A DNA stretch of 63,344 nt, the filler included. It is 9 parts of 9 records of this genome, joined end to end, with 100 filler letters (N's around TTAATTAATTAA, not from the genome) between each part and the next. Parts side by side here need not be neighbours in the genome. Positions count along the whole stretch, not along the records: positions 14,857 to 27,337 come from SRR31147125_67359; positions 27,438 to 33,348 come from SRR31147125_67417; 7 more parts are not named here. The stretch is one strand, 5' to 3'. The notes beneath the pieces are model-generated. The model made no database searches, was not told the origin of the DNA, and was given only the letters and a program-made list of their open reading frames with translations. The position numbers were made by a program, and so were the translations under genes. How positions within the stretch are numbered: position 1 is the stretch's first letter; each line of letters opens with the position of its first letter. Shown here piece after piece: positions 19,148 to 30,020 of this stretch.

Positions 19148-21657
19148 ATGGAGGTGCCCGTGACAGCAGCCATCACACCGACGGCATACACCCTCGTCAT
19201 CGAGCCGGATCTGGATCGTTTCCAATTTACCGGCCGGATGACAATGACCGCCAAGATCCGAGACCCCCTCGACACCATCAACCTGGATTGCGCCGAACTG
19301 GCTATCTGGCGGTGCCGCGTCGAGACGGATGGCAATCCGTTTGCCGACTGTTCATTTACGCTGGATCCGGCCAGTGAAAAACTGACCGTCGATCTGCCCG
19401 AAGCCCTGTCGGGCGATGTCCAGCTGACCATTGATTACGTCGGGCGGATCAACGATCGCATGGCCGGATTCTATCGCAGCCGCATCAATGGCGGCGACCA
19501 CCCCGATCATATCGCCGTAACCCAGTTTCAGGAAAGCGACGCCCGCCGTGCCTTCCCCTGCCTGGATCATCCGGCGCGAAAAGCGGTTTTTACGATTACC
19601 ATGATCATCCCCGGGGCGCTGACGGCCATTTCCAATACCGGCATCGACAGCGTCACGGAACTCGACGACGGCCGCAAAAAGGTTGTTTTCCGTCCGACGC
19701 CCAAGATGTCCACCTACCTGCTCTTTTTCGGCGCAGGACCCTTTGAGATTCATGGGGATGACCAAGACCCCCGGGTGCGGGCCGTGTGTTTGCCGGGGAT
19801 GGGGGATCAGACCGGTTTCGGCCGCCGGTTCGGGCGCAAAGCCCTGGCCTATGGAGAGGATTACTATGCCATTGATTATCCCCTGGACAAAATGGACCTG
19901 ATCGCCGTGCCTGATTTCGCCTTTGGTGCCATGGAAAACTGGGGCGCCATCACCTTCCGCGAAAACCTGCTTCTGCATGTGCCCGGTGTGACCTCGCGCG
20001 AAGGCGAGTCGCGCATCTGCGAGGTCATCGCCCACGAAATTGCCCATCAGTGGTTCGGCAACCTGGTCACCCCCGAGGACTGGAAGTACCTCTGGCTGAA
20101 TGAAAGTTTCGCCACCTACTTCGGTTACGGCATGGTCGATCACCACCATCCCGATTGGGACGTCTGGCATCAATTCGTCCGCGGCCAGACCGAAACGGCC
20201 TTGACCCGTGACGCCCTGCGGGAAACCTTTGCCATCGAAATGCCCGGGGACGCACAGGTGGCCATCACCACCAGCACGGCTCCGATTATCTACAGCAAGG
20301 GGGGCAGTATTCTGCGCCAGCTGGAGGCCTGGATCGGAGCCGATCATTTCAAGGCGGGGCTCCGGCGGTACCTGACGGGATTTGCCTATGGCTGTGCCGC
20401 CAGCCACCACCTGTGGGAATCGCTGGCCGCGGCATCCGGCATGCGGGTGGACGCGCTGATGAAGAACTGGGTCACCCAGCCGGGTTTTCCCGTGATTACG
20501 GCCCGTAAAAATGGCAACGCGCTTACCTTGAGCCAGCGCCGGTTTACATACCTGCCAACCGATGCCGACCAGACCTGGATGGTGCCGGTAACGCTGGTCG
20601 CTTATACAGCCGACGGCAGCGCAACCCCCAGACCCTGTTGATCGACCAGGCGGACACGGATCTTACCCTGCCGGCGGACACGGTGGCATACAAGCTCAAC
20701 CCCGACCAAACCGGTTTTTATCACACCGCTTACGACGATACCGACAACCTTGCCGCTCTGGGCACCATGATCGGCAACCAGAAATTGTCGGCCATGGATC
20801 GCTGGGGCATCCAAAACGATCTGTTCGCCCTGGTCAAGGCGGGGGTCGCGCCCATGGCGCGTTTTCTGGCGTTGGCTGAGAACTATCTTGCCGAGCCGGC
20901 CTACCTGCCCCTTTCCAGCCTGGACGGCCACCTGTTCGAGGCCTGCCTGGTGTTGCGGGGCGATATCCGAACCCGCACCGCCCACACCATCGAAGCCCTG
21001 GCCAACACGGCGCTGAAAACCATCGGACATCTGCCCGCAACCGGCGAAGCTCCCACCACGGCCATGCTGCGCGACCAGTTGCTGGTGCATGGGGCGCTTA
21101 GCGGCAATGCCGCGCTGCTCGAATTTTTGACCGACCAGTTCAAGGTCTTCTTGGATGGCGCCCCCATCGCCGCGGATATTTTTCGTAGTGTCGTGACCGC
21201 CGGTGCGGCCCTGGGCGGGGAAACGGACCTTGACGGCATCATCGATCGCTTCGAAAAAAGCTCGGTCGAGCACGAACGCATGACCCTGGCCGGCGCCCTG
21301 GGCGCTTTCGGCAAACGGGAGCTGCTGGAACGCGCCCTGGATTATGCCTTGGATAAAATTCCCGATCGTATCCGATTCCTGCCGCTGGTGGCGTCAGCTG
21401 GCAACCCGGCGGCCGTTGACTATCTGTGGGCCTGGTTCGAAGCCCATCTGGAACGTATGCAGAATATGCATCCGATGCTGTTCGAACGGGTCGTGGCCGC
21501 CTTTGTGCCCGGTCCCGGGCTTACCGATCCCGAGCGCACGCGGGCGTTTTGCGAAAGATTGCAGGCGAAACAGCCTCGCCTCAAAGATGTTTTCGCTTTA
21601 TCGCTGGAACGGTTAGCTGTCAATAACGCCTTCCGCCGGCGCGAACGAATTGCTTAG
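19148..21657 (+). CDS. pepN: M1 aminopeptidase N with ERAP1-like C-terminal domain (homopolymer frameshift near 20628)
   Basis: ARRAFPCLD, GAMENWG, HEIAHQWFGNLVT...WLNE, YSKG; one extra C joins ORF 20638-21657. Confidence 0.92.
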
Positions 21658-21760
21658 GGGGGACCGGGAAAAGCGGTGGCATTTTTGAGTTCTGTTTTTC
21701 TTTTACATATGGAGCTTGAACATATGGATGTCTCCACAACCATTAATCAGGAGTGATCGC

Positions 21761-22840
21761 ATGTTTGAACAAGGTGCTATACGGCCACCCAATGAGGCGT
21801 CGAGTTTGCTTGTCCGGGTGACGCGGAATTGTCCGTGGAACCGGTGCCATATTTGTCCGCCCTTTAAAGGCAAAACGTTTTCCAGAAGACCGGTCGAGGA
21901 TGTTAAGCGAGACATTGACATGATGGCGGAAACCTATAAAAGCCATGCCCGCCGGTTTACCGCCGCCTTTCTTCAGGACGCCGACACGTTGATCCTGCCC
22001 ACCGACGAGTTGGTGGAGATTATGACCCATATCAAAAAGATTTTTCCAAGCGTTGAAAGAATCACCACATACGCCCGGGCAAAATCGATGAAACTGAAAA
22101 GTCAGGAGGACTACCGGCGGTTAACCGAGGCCGGCCTGCGCCGGATCCATTCGGGCATGGAAAGCGGCTCGGCCGCCGTTCTCAAGCTCATCAATAAAGG
22201 AAATCAACCCGATGATATCCTTGAGGGAGGACGAAAGGTGGTGGCGTCCGATATTTCCTTGTCCGAATACATTATGCCGGGGGTTGGGGGAAAAGACTTA
22301 AGCCGGGAGCATGCATTGGAAACAGCGCGGCTGCTCAATCAGATCCGTCCGGATTACATTCGGGTGCGAACCTTTGCCCCGCATCCCCTGTCGCCGATGC
22401 AGAAGATGATTGATGACGGCACCTTTGCACCCATGAACGACGAGGAGGTGGTCCAAGAGATTCGCCTGCTCTTGGAAAACCTGGATGAAATGCCGACTCA
22501 TTTTCGGTGCGGGGATTTTAGCATGAACCTGCTGATGCAGGTGGATGGGCGCCTTGATCAGAAAAAAGATGAGATGACCGAAACGATTGACCGGTATCTT
22601 TCCTTGAGCCGGGAGCAAAAACAGGCATTTTCACTGATCCAACGATCCTATTCCCGGGAAACACCTTTGGATGTTGTGCAGGATAGGGATATCGTCGCGA
22701 AGTTAAAAAAGGATCTCAAAAAGCTCGAGGATCGGGAGGAAGGCGGGTTTGACAAACATATTCGGACGCTGATGAGCTATCAGTTACCGCAGCCGCAGAC
22801 GGATTGCTGGGAGATTTTACCAGGGCGCGCACTCAATTAA
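21761..22840 (+). CDS. Radical SAM protein (HemN/YgiQ-like, Cx4Cx2C)
   Basis: IRPPNEA...TRNCPWNRCHIC, GMESG; AGGAG upstream of ATG 21761. Confidence 0.85.
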   Translation: MFEQGAIRPPNEASSLLVRVTRNCPWNRCHICPPFKGKTFSRRPVEDVKRDIDMMAETYKSHARRFTAAFLQDADTLILPTDELVEIMTHIKKIFPSVERITTYARAKSMKLKSQEDYRRLTEAGLRRIHSGMESGSAAVLKLINKGNQPDDILEGGRKVVASDISLSEYIMPGVGGKDLSREHALETARLLNQIRPDYIRVRTFAPHPLSPMQKMIDDGTFAPMNDEEVVQEIRLLLENLDEMPTHFRCGDFSMNLLMQVDGRLDQKKDEMTETIDRYLSLSREQKQAFSLIQRSYSRETPLDVVQDRDIVAKLKKDLKKLEDREEGGFDKHIRTLMSYQLPQPQTDCWEILPGRALN

Positions 22841-23227
22841 TCACTTGGCATAAAAGGTCGGCATGGCGGCTTTTTACGAAGGTATCCAGTGCATACCCTA
22901 TAATTTATGCCGAAAGATATCCTGGGATCATGGATCTGGCCAATCAGACGTTGCGAGATATAGCAGGAAAACATATCCGTAAAGCCGATGCCGGGGCCGG
23001 TGGCAGCCAGGCCAACCTTTTTATGCCCTTATCGAAATCGAAAGGAAATCGGACGTGGAGATGCAAACTGGATGGTTACCGACTTGCGGTCAATGATAAT
23101 CGGCGCCATGGAAAACAGGAAGAACCTGAAACCTTCTATAGCCCTTATACTAACCGGTGACTCCGATAACCATCGCCGATCCAGATAAACCTGAGTTACA
23201 TGCGATTGTCCTGGCCGCCCATCTTGG

Positions 23228-23995
23228 TCACCCTGCCTCGTGGCGCGCGATGGCGTCGCGCACGTACGGGTAGACCGTTTCCACGATACGGGTGTACCCA
23301 TCAGCCGTGGGATGCAGCTTGTCCGGCTGATTGAGTGCGTCGTTGCCGGCCACCCCCTCGAGGAAGAAGGGAATAAACACGAGGTTGTGCTTGTCGGCGA
23401 TCCATGGGTAGATTCGGGAAAAGGCGCACGTGTACTCGGGCCCCAGGTTGGGCAACATCTGCATGCCGGCCAGCACCACCTCGATGTCGCGGGCTTTCAG
23501 GAAACCGACCAGGTAATCCAGGTTGGCCTTGAGCAGTTCGGGATCCAGCCCCCGCAGACCATCATTGGCGCCGGTCTCCAGGATGACGATGTCCGGGTCC
23601 AGACGGTCGATGACCCACTCGATGCGTGATTTCGTACCGCTGCTGGTTTCCCCGCTCACACCGGCGTTGACCACAGCATAGTCGTGCCCGTCTGCCTTCA
23701 GGCGGCGGGCCAGCCGGGCCGGATAGGCCCGATCCTCGGCGACGCCCAGGCCCGCGGTGAGGCTGTCGCCCAGGGCCACGATCGTGCCGGTGTATGTTGG
23801 CGTATGTTCTGCAGTCGGGCTTGTTACGCGTTCCGGCGAGGATTTTTCACTGCACCCCAGAATCACCAGGAGACCAATCAGCGACACTACCATCCTTTTT
23901 ACCAAGGGGCGCTGCCGACGGCGGACGATGGCCCTCCAATCGGTTTCGATAAAAAGGTGGTTAGAAATGAAATGGGTAAGGCCGTTTTTATTCAT
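23228..23995 (-). CDS. tesA: Arylesterase/TesA SGNH hydrolase, probable lipoprotein
   Basis: GDSLTAG, NAGVSGETS, GANDG, DKLHP; lipobox ILGC. Confidence 0.9.
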   Translation of the reverse strand: MNKNGLTHFISNHLFIETDWRAIVRRRQRPLVKRMVVSLIGLLVILGCSEKSSPERVTSPTAEHTPTYTGTIVALGDSLTAGLGVAEDRAYPARLARRLKADGHDYAVVNAGVSGETSSGTKSRIEWVIDRLDPDIVILETGANDGLRGLDPELLKANLDYLVGFLKARDIEVVLAGMQMLPNLGPEYTCAFSRIYPWIADKHNLVFIPFFLEGVAGNDALNQPDKLHPTADGYTRIVETVYPYVRDAIARHEAG

Positions 23996-26483
23996 TTTGT
24001 TGCTCCCTTAGATACACGACCGGTTTCTTGACCACGATGGACCGAGACGCGGCCATGCCCACCCCGACGGTCAGCAGCACCGTCAACCCGACCATGGCCA
24101 GTGATGCGGGAATGAAGGGTCGATAGCCGATATGCAGTCTGACCGCACACACATAAAAGGCGCCGGCCTGGGCCATGATCAGGGCCAGGGCGCTGCTGAG
24201 CAGGCCGATGAGAAGATTCTCCACGGCAAACACACCGAAAACGAAATGCCTGCCCGCCCCCAGGATCTTGTAGTAGACCGACTCCACCACCCGTTCGGCC
24301 CGCGTGGCCAGCACCGCGCTGACCAGAATCATGATGCCGGCCGCGATGCTGAATATGCTGAAGGCGCGGAGGATTCTCGCCAGGCGCCCCATCAGCTGCA
24401 CGAAGCTGCCGATGGTTTGGGACATGTCGATCACGCTGATGTTGGGAAATTGTGAGACAATCTTCAGCTGCAGGGCACCGACCCGGTCTTGCGGTACGCG
24501 CAGGGAGGCGAAAAGGGTCTGGGGGGCGTTTTCCAGTACCGCCGTCGGAAACACGAAGTAGAAAAAGGGGCTCAGGGACCGGTTGCCGCGGGTGCGGATG
24601 CTGGAGATGCGGGCGGTCAGGGGAACACCCTGGATCTTGAAATGCAGGCGGTCGCCGATTTTCATCTCCTGCATGCCCACAACGCTGTCCATGACCGACA
24701 CCTGGGGCTCGTTCCAGTCGCTGCGAAACAGCGTACCGCCATCGATCAGGGTTTCATCGTCCAGCAGGGTTTCCCGATAGGTCAGGTTGAATACCCGTGA
24801 CAGGTTGTCGCGCCGATTGCTGCGTTCACGACTGTGGTCGATGATCTGGTCGTTAATCGCCGAGATTCGGGCCCGGATGATCGGGAAGAACTGAATCGGA
24901 CGGCCGATGGCGGCGCTGAACGCCTCGGTCTGGGTGGGTTGGATGTCCACGAAAAAAGCGTTGGGCGAATTGGCCGGAAAGGAACGTACAAAGGTGGCAT
25001 TGAGATTTTTCTCGATCAAGTGATCGCCGAAGATTACGGCCAGGGCCACGGTCAGGGTGATCATGATCGCGCGGGTGGCATTGCCCCGCCTGAACAGCCC
25101 GCGGATGGCCTGGCGCAGGATCAGATGGCGGACCGGAACCCGCCGGATCACGGCCAGGGCCGGCTGGGCCAGCAGGGCGGCGGCCAGAATCATGGCGCCG
25201 ATGGCGCCCACAAAATAGAGCCCGAAGCGGATGTCCCGCATGTGCCACAGCACCAGGCCGAGAAAAAAGAGCAGTGCCAACAGGCCGGAAAGAAGGTCGG
25301 GCCAGCGGCTGGCGTTCGACGCCGGCTGCCGGTTGAAGATCGTCAGCGGCCGCATCTCCCTAAGCCGGTACAGGGGCAGGAGTGAGAAGAGGGCCACCAC
25401 GGCAAATCCCAGGGCGACGGCTTCGGCGATGCCGGCCCAGGATATGACCAGGCTCAGGTGATCGGGCAGGAACGGGGCCAGCAGATGTCCAAGGCCGGAC
25501 TGGGCGGCCACGCCGGCCAGGATGCCCGCCCCGGTGCCCACGGCGCCCAGCAAAAGCACCAGCAGCGTGAAATGAATGGTGATGAAGCGCCCGGTGGCGC
25601 CCACGGTTTTCATTACGGCGATGGAGCGCTGTTTCTCATCCAAAAACGCCTTCAGGGTGCTTTGAATGCCCAGTCCGGAGACGATCAGGATGAAAAGGCC
25701 CACCAGTTTCAGGAAGAAGAGAAAATTGTCCAGAAAGCGTTTGATTGCCGAACGGGCGGTAAGATAGGTGTCGATGCGCACCGTATCGCCCGAAACCGTC
25801 TGCCTGAGGTCTGTGGCCACGGCATCGACCCGGGCCGGGTCCAGCACCTTGACCAGCACGCTGCGGTGGATGCGGCTGCCAGTGGCCATCAGGCCGAGGG
25901 CTTCCAGATCCGCGGCGTTGATGAAGACGCGCGGGCCGAAGGAGAAACGTTCCAGGGGGCGATCCGGTTCGGCGGTCACCACGTCGACGATGCGCAAGGT
26001 GGTGTGACCGACATCAAGCCGGTCCCCCACGATGAGTCCCGCGCGATCCAAAAGGGTCTGCTCGACGATGCAGGCGCCGGGGAGCAGCACGGCCTTGAAT
26101 TCGTTGCCCGAGTGCAATACGACCCGGCCGTAAAAGGGATAGCCCGCTTCCACCACCTTCAGGCTGGAGAGTACCGAGGCTGATTTTTCAGGGGCACGCA
26201 CCACGGAATAGAACTCGTGAACGGCGGCGTCGAGGATGCCGCCCTGATCCACCAGGCGGTCGATGGCGCGGGTCAGAGAGAGGGGCATGGGATCGTAGGA
26301 TCGAATGATCACATCGGCGGCATGCAGGGTGCGGGCATCATCCAGCAGGGCCTTGCCCATGCTGCGCGAAAACCCAGAAAATGCGGTCAGGGTGGTCAGC
26401 GAAAGGGCCACACAAAGCACGAACAGGCCGGCCTGCTGGGAAGAGCGCCGCACCTGGCGGAGGATGGTGGACAGGTGTCGCAT
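23988..26483 (-). CDS. YbbP-like FtsX-family ABC permease
   Basis: YPFYG, FFVDIQP, FNLTY, two FtsX TM blocks; ybbA-ybbP-tesA context. Confidence 0.88.
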   Translation of the reverse strand: MRHLSTILRQVRRSSQQAGLFVLCVALSLTTLTAFSGFSRSMGKALLDDARTLHAADVIIRSYDPMPLSLTRAIDRLVDQGGILDAAVHEFYSVVRAPEKSASVLSSLKVVEAGYPFYGRVVLHSGNEFKAVLLPGACIVEQTLLDRAGLIVGDRLDVGHTTLRIVDVVTAEPDRPLERFSFGPRVFINAADLEALGLMATGSRIHRSVLVKVLDPARVDAVATDLRQTVSGDTVRIDTYLTARSAIKRFLDNFLFFLKLVGLFILIVSGLGIQSTLKAFLDEKQRSIAVMKTVGATGRFITIHFTLLVLLLGAVGTGAGILAGVAAQSGLGHLLAPFLPDHLSLVISWAGIAEAVALGFAVVALFSLLPLYRLREMRPLTIFNRQPASNASRWPDLLSGLLALLFFLGLVLWHMRDIRFGLYFVGAIGAMILAAALLAQPALAVIRRVPVRHLILRQAIRGLFRRGNATRAIMITLTVALAVIFGDHLIEKNLNATFVRSFPANSPNAFFVDIQPTQTEAFSAAIGRPIQFFPIIRARISAINDQIIDHSRERSNRRDNLSRVFNLTYRETLLDDETLIDGGTLFRSDWNEPQVSVMDSVVGMQEMKIGDRLHFKIQGVPLTARISSIRTRGNRSLSPFFYFVFPTAVLENAPQTLFASLRVPQDRVGALQLKIVSQFPNISVIDMSQTIGSFVQLMGRLARILRAFSIFSIAAGIMILVSAVLATRAERVVESVYYKILGAGRHFVFGVFAVENLLIGLLSSALALIMAQAGAFYVCAVRLHIGYRPFIPASLAMVGLTVLLTVGVGMAASRSIVVKKPVVYLREQQNE

Positions 26484-26489
26484 AACCGG

Positions 26490-27190
26490 TTATCCTCCGC
26501 CTTTGGATTGTGGCCGTCGATTCAGGTCCTTCGCCAGGCGCCCGTCCTTGAGGGTCAGCACGCGCGGGGCGGCATCGGCGATTTCCGGGTTGTGGGTGAC
26601 CAGCACCAGGGTGGCGCCGTGTTCGTTCTTCAGATCGATGAGCTGGTTGAACACCATGGCGCCGTTCTCCGAATCCAGATTGCCGGTGGGTTCGTCGGCG
26701 AAAATCAGTTTGGGCCGGTTGATCAGCGCCCGGCACAGGGCGACGCGCTGTTTCTCCCCCCGGAAAGCTGGCTGGGCAGATTCTTGGCCCGATCCGACAA
26801 CCCCACCTGTTCCAGCAGCACATCGGCGCGCCGGGCGGCATCGCGATGGCCGCCCAGCTCGGCCGGGAGCATGATGTTCTCCCGGGCCGTCATGGACGGC
26901 ACCAGGTGGAAGGCCTGAAACACGAAACCGATGTCCCGGTTGCGCAAGGGGGCCAGCTCCTCCTCGGTGGCATGGGTCATTTCCCGGCCGTCGATGAACA
27001 GTCGGCCCGCCGTGGGATGATCCAGGCCGGAAAGCAGGGTCAGCAGGGTGGTCTTGCCGCTGCCGCTGCTGCCCTTGATGACGATGAATTCACCCGGTTG
27101 CACGGCCAGGGAAACGTCCGCCAACACGGTAATGGTGCGGTGGTTCAGTTGATAGGTTTTGGTGAGGTTGCAGGCTTCGAGGATCGGCAT
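26490..27190 (-). CDS. YbbA/LolD-like ABC ATPase (frameshift in the LSGGE G-run near 26757)
   Basis: GSSGSGKTT, GFVFQAF, LSGG; continues as RVALCRALINRPKLIFADEPTGNLD. Confidence 0.9.
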
Positions 27191-27526
27191 GGGGGGCCCG
27201 TTATTATTTGATTAGGATCGTTGAGATCGTTAATAGCGCGGTTTCGCACACAACATAAGGCGTTGTTCCGATTTTTCAAACGCCCGATGATTGACTGTCG
27301 GAGCGGGCGTAAGCGTCTATTAAACCCCACTCATGGTNNNNNNNNNNNNNNNNNNNNNNNNNNNNNNNNNNNNNNNNNNNNTTAATTAATTAANNNNNNN
27401 NNNNNNNNNNNNNNNNNNNNNNNNNNNNNNNNNNNNNTTTTTATTCTATATTTACCCTACTTGATTCTGATTAAACTTTTTGGTTCAAACTTTGAACTCT
27501 TAATGCTCAATATTATCTTTGGGCCA

Positions 27527-28165
27527 ATGCTTGCATACCTTACCATATTTACTACATCGTTTGTAATTGCTTTTAGCGGAGCAATGATGCCAGGACCTTT
27601 TATGACCATGACCATTGGCGAAAGTGTTCGCAGTGGCCCTTGGGTGGGCCCTAAAATGATTGCCGGGCACGCATTGCTTGAAATGGCATTACTGGTTGCC
27701 ATATTTTACGGACTCGCTCCTCTTTTCGAAAAAGATATATTTTTTGTAATTATTGCATTACTTGGAGGTGCTATTATGGTTTGGATGGCGCAAAGTATGT
27801 TTCGTTCGCTACCAAAACTAGAGATAAATACCACGGCAGACACAAAAAAAACAATGAACATTTATTTGGCAGGAATTTTAATGAGCCTGGCAAATCCATA
27901 CTGGATAATTTGGTGGGCAACCATTGGTCTGGGCTATGTTTTACATTCGCAAAAGCTTGGATTTTTGGGAATTGTCCTCTTTTTTATCGGTCATATACTG
28001 GGCGATTTGGTGTGGTATTCTGCAATTTCGGTTGCTGTGGGAAAGGGACGAAAATTCTTCGGAAATAAAACTTACAGGATTCTAGTAGGGACTTGCGCAG
28101 GTTTTCTTGCACTTTTTGCAATTTGGCTGATTTACGATGGCGTGATAAAATTTGCTCATTTATAG
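27527..28165 (+). CDS. LysE-family translocator
   Basis: SGAMMPGP, GHALLE, NPYWIIWW; about 6 TM helices. Confidence 0.88.
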   Translation: MLAYLTIFTTSFVIAFSGAMMPGPFMTMTIGESVRSGPWVGPKMIAGHALLEMALLVAIFYGLAPLFEKDIFFVIIALLGGAIMVWMAQSMFRSLPKLEINTTADTKKTMNIYLAGILMSLANPYWIIWWATIGLGYVLHSQKLGFLGIVLFFIGHILGDLVWYSAISVAVGKGRKFFGNKTYRILVGTCAGFLALFAIWLIYDGVIKFAHL

Positions 28166-28346
28166 ATGGGTAATTTGTAACAAAACCGAAGACAGATTGT
28201 CTTTTTGCCTGTTTTTCCATTAAGTAAGTCATGCCCATAATTACTATCAAAACAGAATTTATTCAGGAATCAATCTTCATTATCTTAGTAAAATCATTTT
28301 GCATTTCGTAACTTGTTGTTAGACAGCGGGTAGATAAATAAAAATT

Positions 28347-29006
28347 ATGTATAGTAATTCCAATATTCGAATTGTAATTGCCTGCGAATTTGCAGTGTTC
28401 CGAAATGGATTGAAATTATTACTTGAACGTGAAAAAACATTTTCGATTATTGGAGAAGTAACCAATTTGAATGATACATTTAATATACTTAAAGAAACTA
28501 ACCCCGACATTATAATCATCAATTTAAGTATCACCTCCGAATCAGTAAATTCTCTTTGTATAAATATTCATAGTAAATATCCTGAAATACCTATTTTGCT
28601 TTTTTGGGAAGATTCGTTTGAGCTTTCGGTTGCCGACTTAATTATTAATGGTGTTAGAGGAATAATTTGGAAGGACAATTCTGATCTAGACGTAATTGAA
28701 GCCATAAAATGTGTTACAACTGGAGGCTCGTTTTTCGAAGATCCAAGTAACTGTAAGTTTAATTGTCACTTGTCGAATAAATTGTGCGATAAAAAAGAAG
28801 CTGAGGAGTTAACCGCTATTCTTAGTAAACGTGAAATTGAGGTTTTGAAATTAATATCCCGAGGATTAATGTATAAGGAAATTGCTGATAGCTTAAATAT
28901 AAGTTCCAGAACTGTTGAAGCTCATAAAAATCATATTCTAAAAAAGCTTAATCTGAATAACAAGAATGAGCTAATAAGATATGCCATTGAAAATATGGTT
29001 TTATAA
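28347..29006 (+). CDS. NarL/LuxR-type regulator with degenerate (pseudo-)receiver domain
   Basis: LSKREIEVL...IADSLNISSRTVEAH LuxR HTH; receiver has ACE for the acidic pair and PDIIIIN (Asn at the phospho-Asp position). Confidence 0.88.
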   Translation: MYSNSNIRIVIACEFAVFRNGLKLLLEREKTFSIIGEVTNLNDTFNILKETNPDIIIINLSITSESVNSLCINIHSKYPEIPILLFWEDSFELSVADLIINGVRGIIWKDNSDLDVIEAIKCVTTGGSFFEDPSNCKFNCHLSNKLCDKKEAEELTAILSKREIEVLKLISRGLMYKEIADSLNISSRTVEAHKNHILKKLNLNNKNELIRYAIENMVL

Positions 29007-29053
29007 CTACTGTCCTGCTAATTTTGAAAACATTCCGAATTATTTAAAACACA

Positions 29054-29124
29054 TAGGCGTAAACACCTACAAAGAATAGGTTATAGCACTGATTGACTTG
29101 ATAGGGCCTGGCAAAGTAATTTTG
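29054..29124 (+). promoter_or_regulatory. Tandem NarL-type sites plus Bacteroidota -7 promoter element
   Basis: TAGG-N8-CCTA (29054-29069), TAGG-N8-CTGA (29077-29092), and TAATTTTG (TAnnTTTG) at 29117-29124. Confidence 0.55.
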
Positions 29125-29165
29125 ATTCACAAGTTTTATTAATTATTCAACTAAAATTACTTACC

Positions 29166-29882
29166 ATGAAAACATTAATCTTATCCTTGTTAATAATGTG
29201 TTTGTCTTGTGGAATTTTGTATTCTCAGAATAACCAGATTCCATTAATTGGGACAGAAGTTCCTGCTTTTACCGCCAATACTACCAATGGCGTGTTGAAA
29301 TTTCCCGATGATTTTGGAGATAGTTGGAAGATTCTGTTAAGTCATCCAAGAGATTTTACACCTGTTTGTACATCAGAAATATACAAGCTTGCACAAATGC
29401 AGGACGAATTCAAAGAACTAGATGTTAAAATACTGATAATTTCAACCGATGGAGTTTCGTCACATTTTAGGTGGAAAGAATCAATTGAAAGTATTGAAAG
29501 AGAAGGAATAGCACCTGTAAAAATTGAGTTCCCGTTTTTGGACGACAGAAGTGCAAAAGTTTCTCGTTTGTATGGAATGCTGGATCAGAAGAGCAGAGAT
29601 GTTAAAGATGTAAGGGGTGTGTTTATTATTGATTCCGATAATATTGTTCAATCGATTTTATTTTATCCAATGAAAGTTGGTCGCAATTTCGATGAAATAA
29701 AGCGTGCTGTTATTGCTCTGCAAACGGTTGATACGCGTGTGTTAACACCAGCGAACTGGAATCCCGGCGACGATATACTTGTGCCTGTTTCGCCACACCT
29801 TGATATTGCAGTAAAAGATAAAAGTACAATTTCTAAAAACTACTATAATATCGGTTCGGTAATGTGGTATAAGAAACTGTAA
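29166..29882 (+). CDS. Prx6-type peroxiredoxin with N-terminal signal peptide
   Basis: SHPRDFTPVCTSE, RGVFIID, YPMKVGRN, TPANW; leader MKTLILSLLIMCLSCGILYSQ. Confidence 0.9.
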   Translation: MKTLILSLLIMCLSCGILYSQNNQIPLIGTEVPAFTANTTNGVLKFPDDFGDSWKILLSHPRDFTPVCTSEIYKLAQMQDEFKELDVKILIISTDGVSSHFRWKESIESIEREGIAPVKIEFPFLDDRSAKVSRLYGMLDQKSRDVKDVRGVFIIDSDNIVQSILFYPMKVGRNFDEIKRAVIALQTVDTRVLTPANWNPGDDILVPVSPHLDIAVKDKSTISKNYYNIGSVMWYKKL

Positions 29883-30020
29883 ATTTCGGATGATATTAAT
29901 GACCTGATAAAACATGGGAAACTCCAGTGAGTTTCCCATGTTTTGTTAGAAATTTTGAAGATGGCAGGTATAACTTTGTTAGCCGAACCTGCCCGATTAA
30001 ATTTTATCGAACTAATTTTT

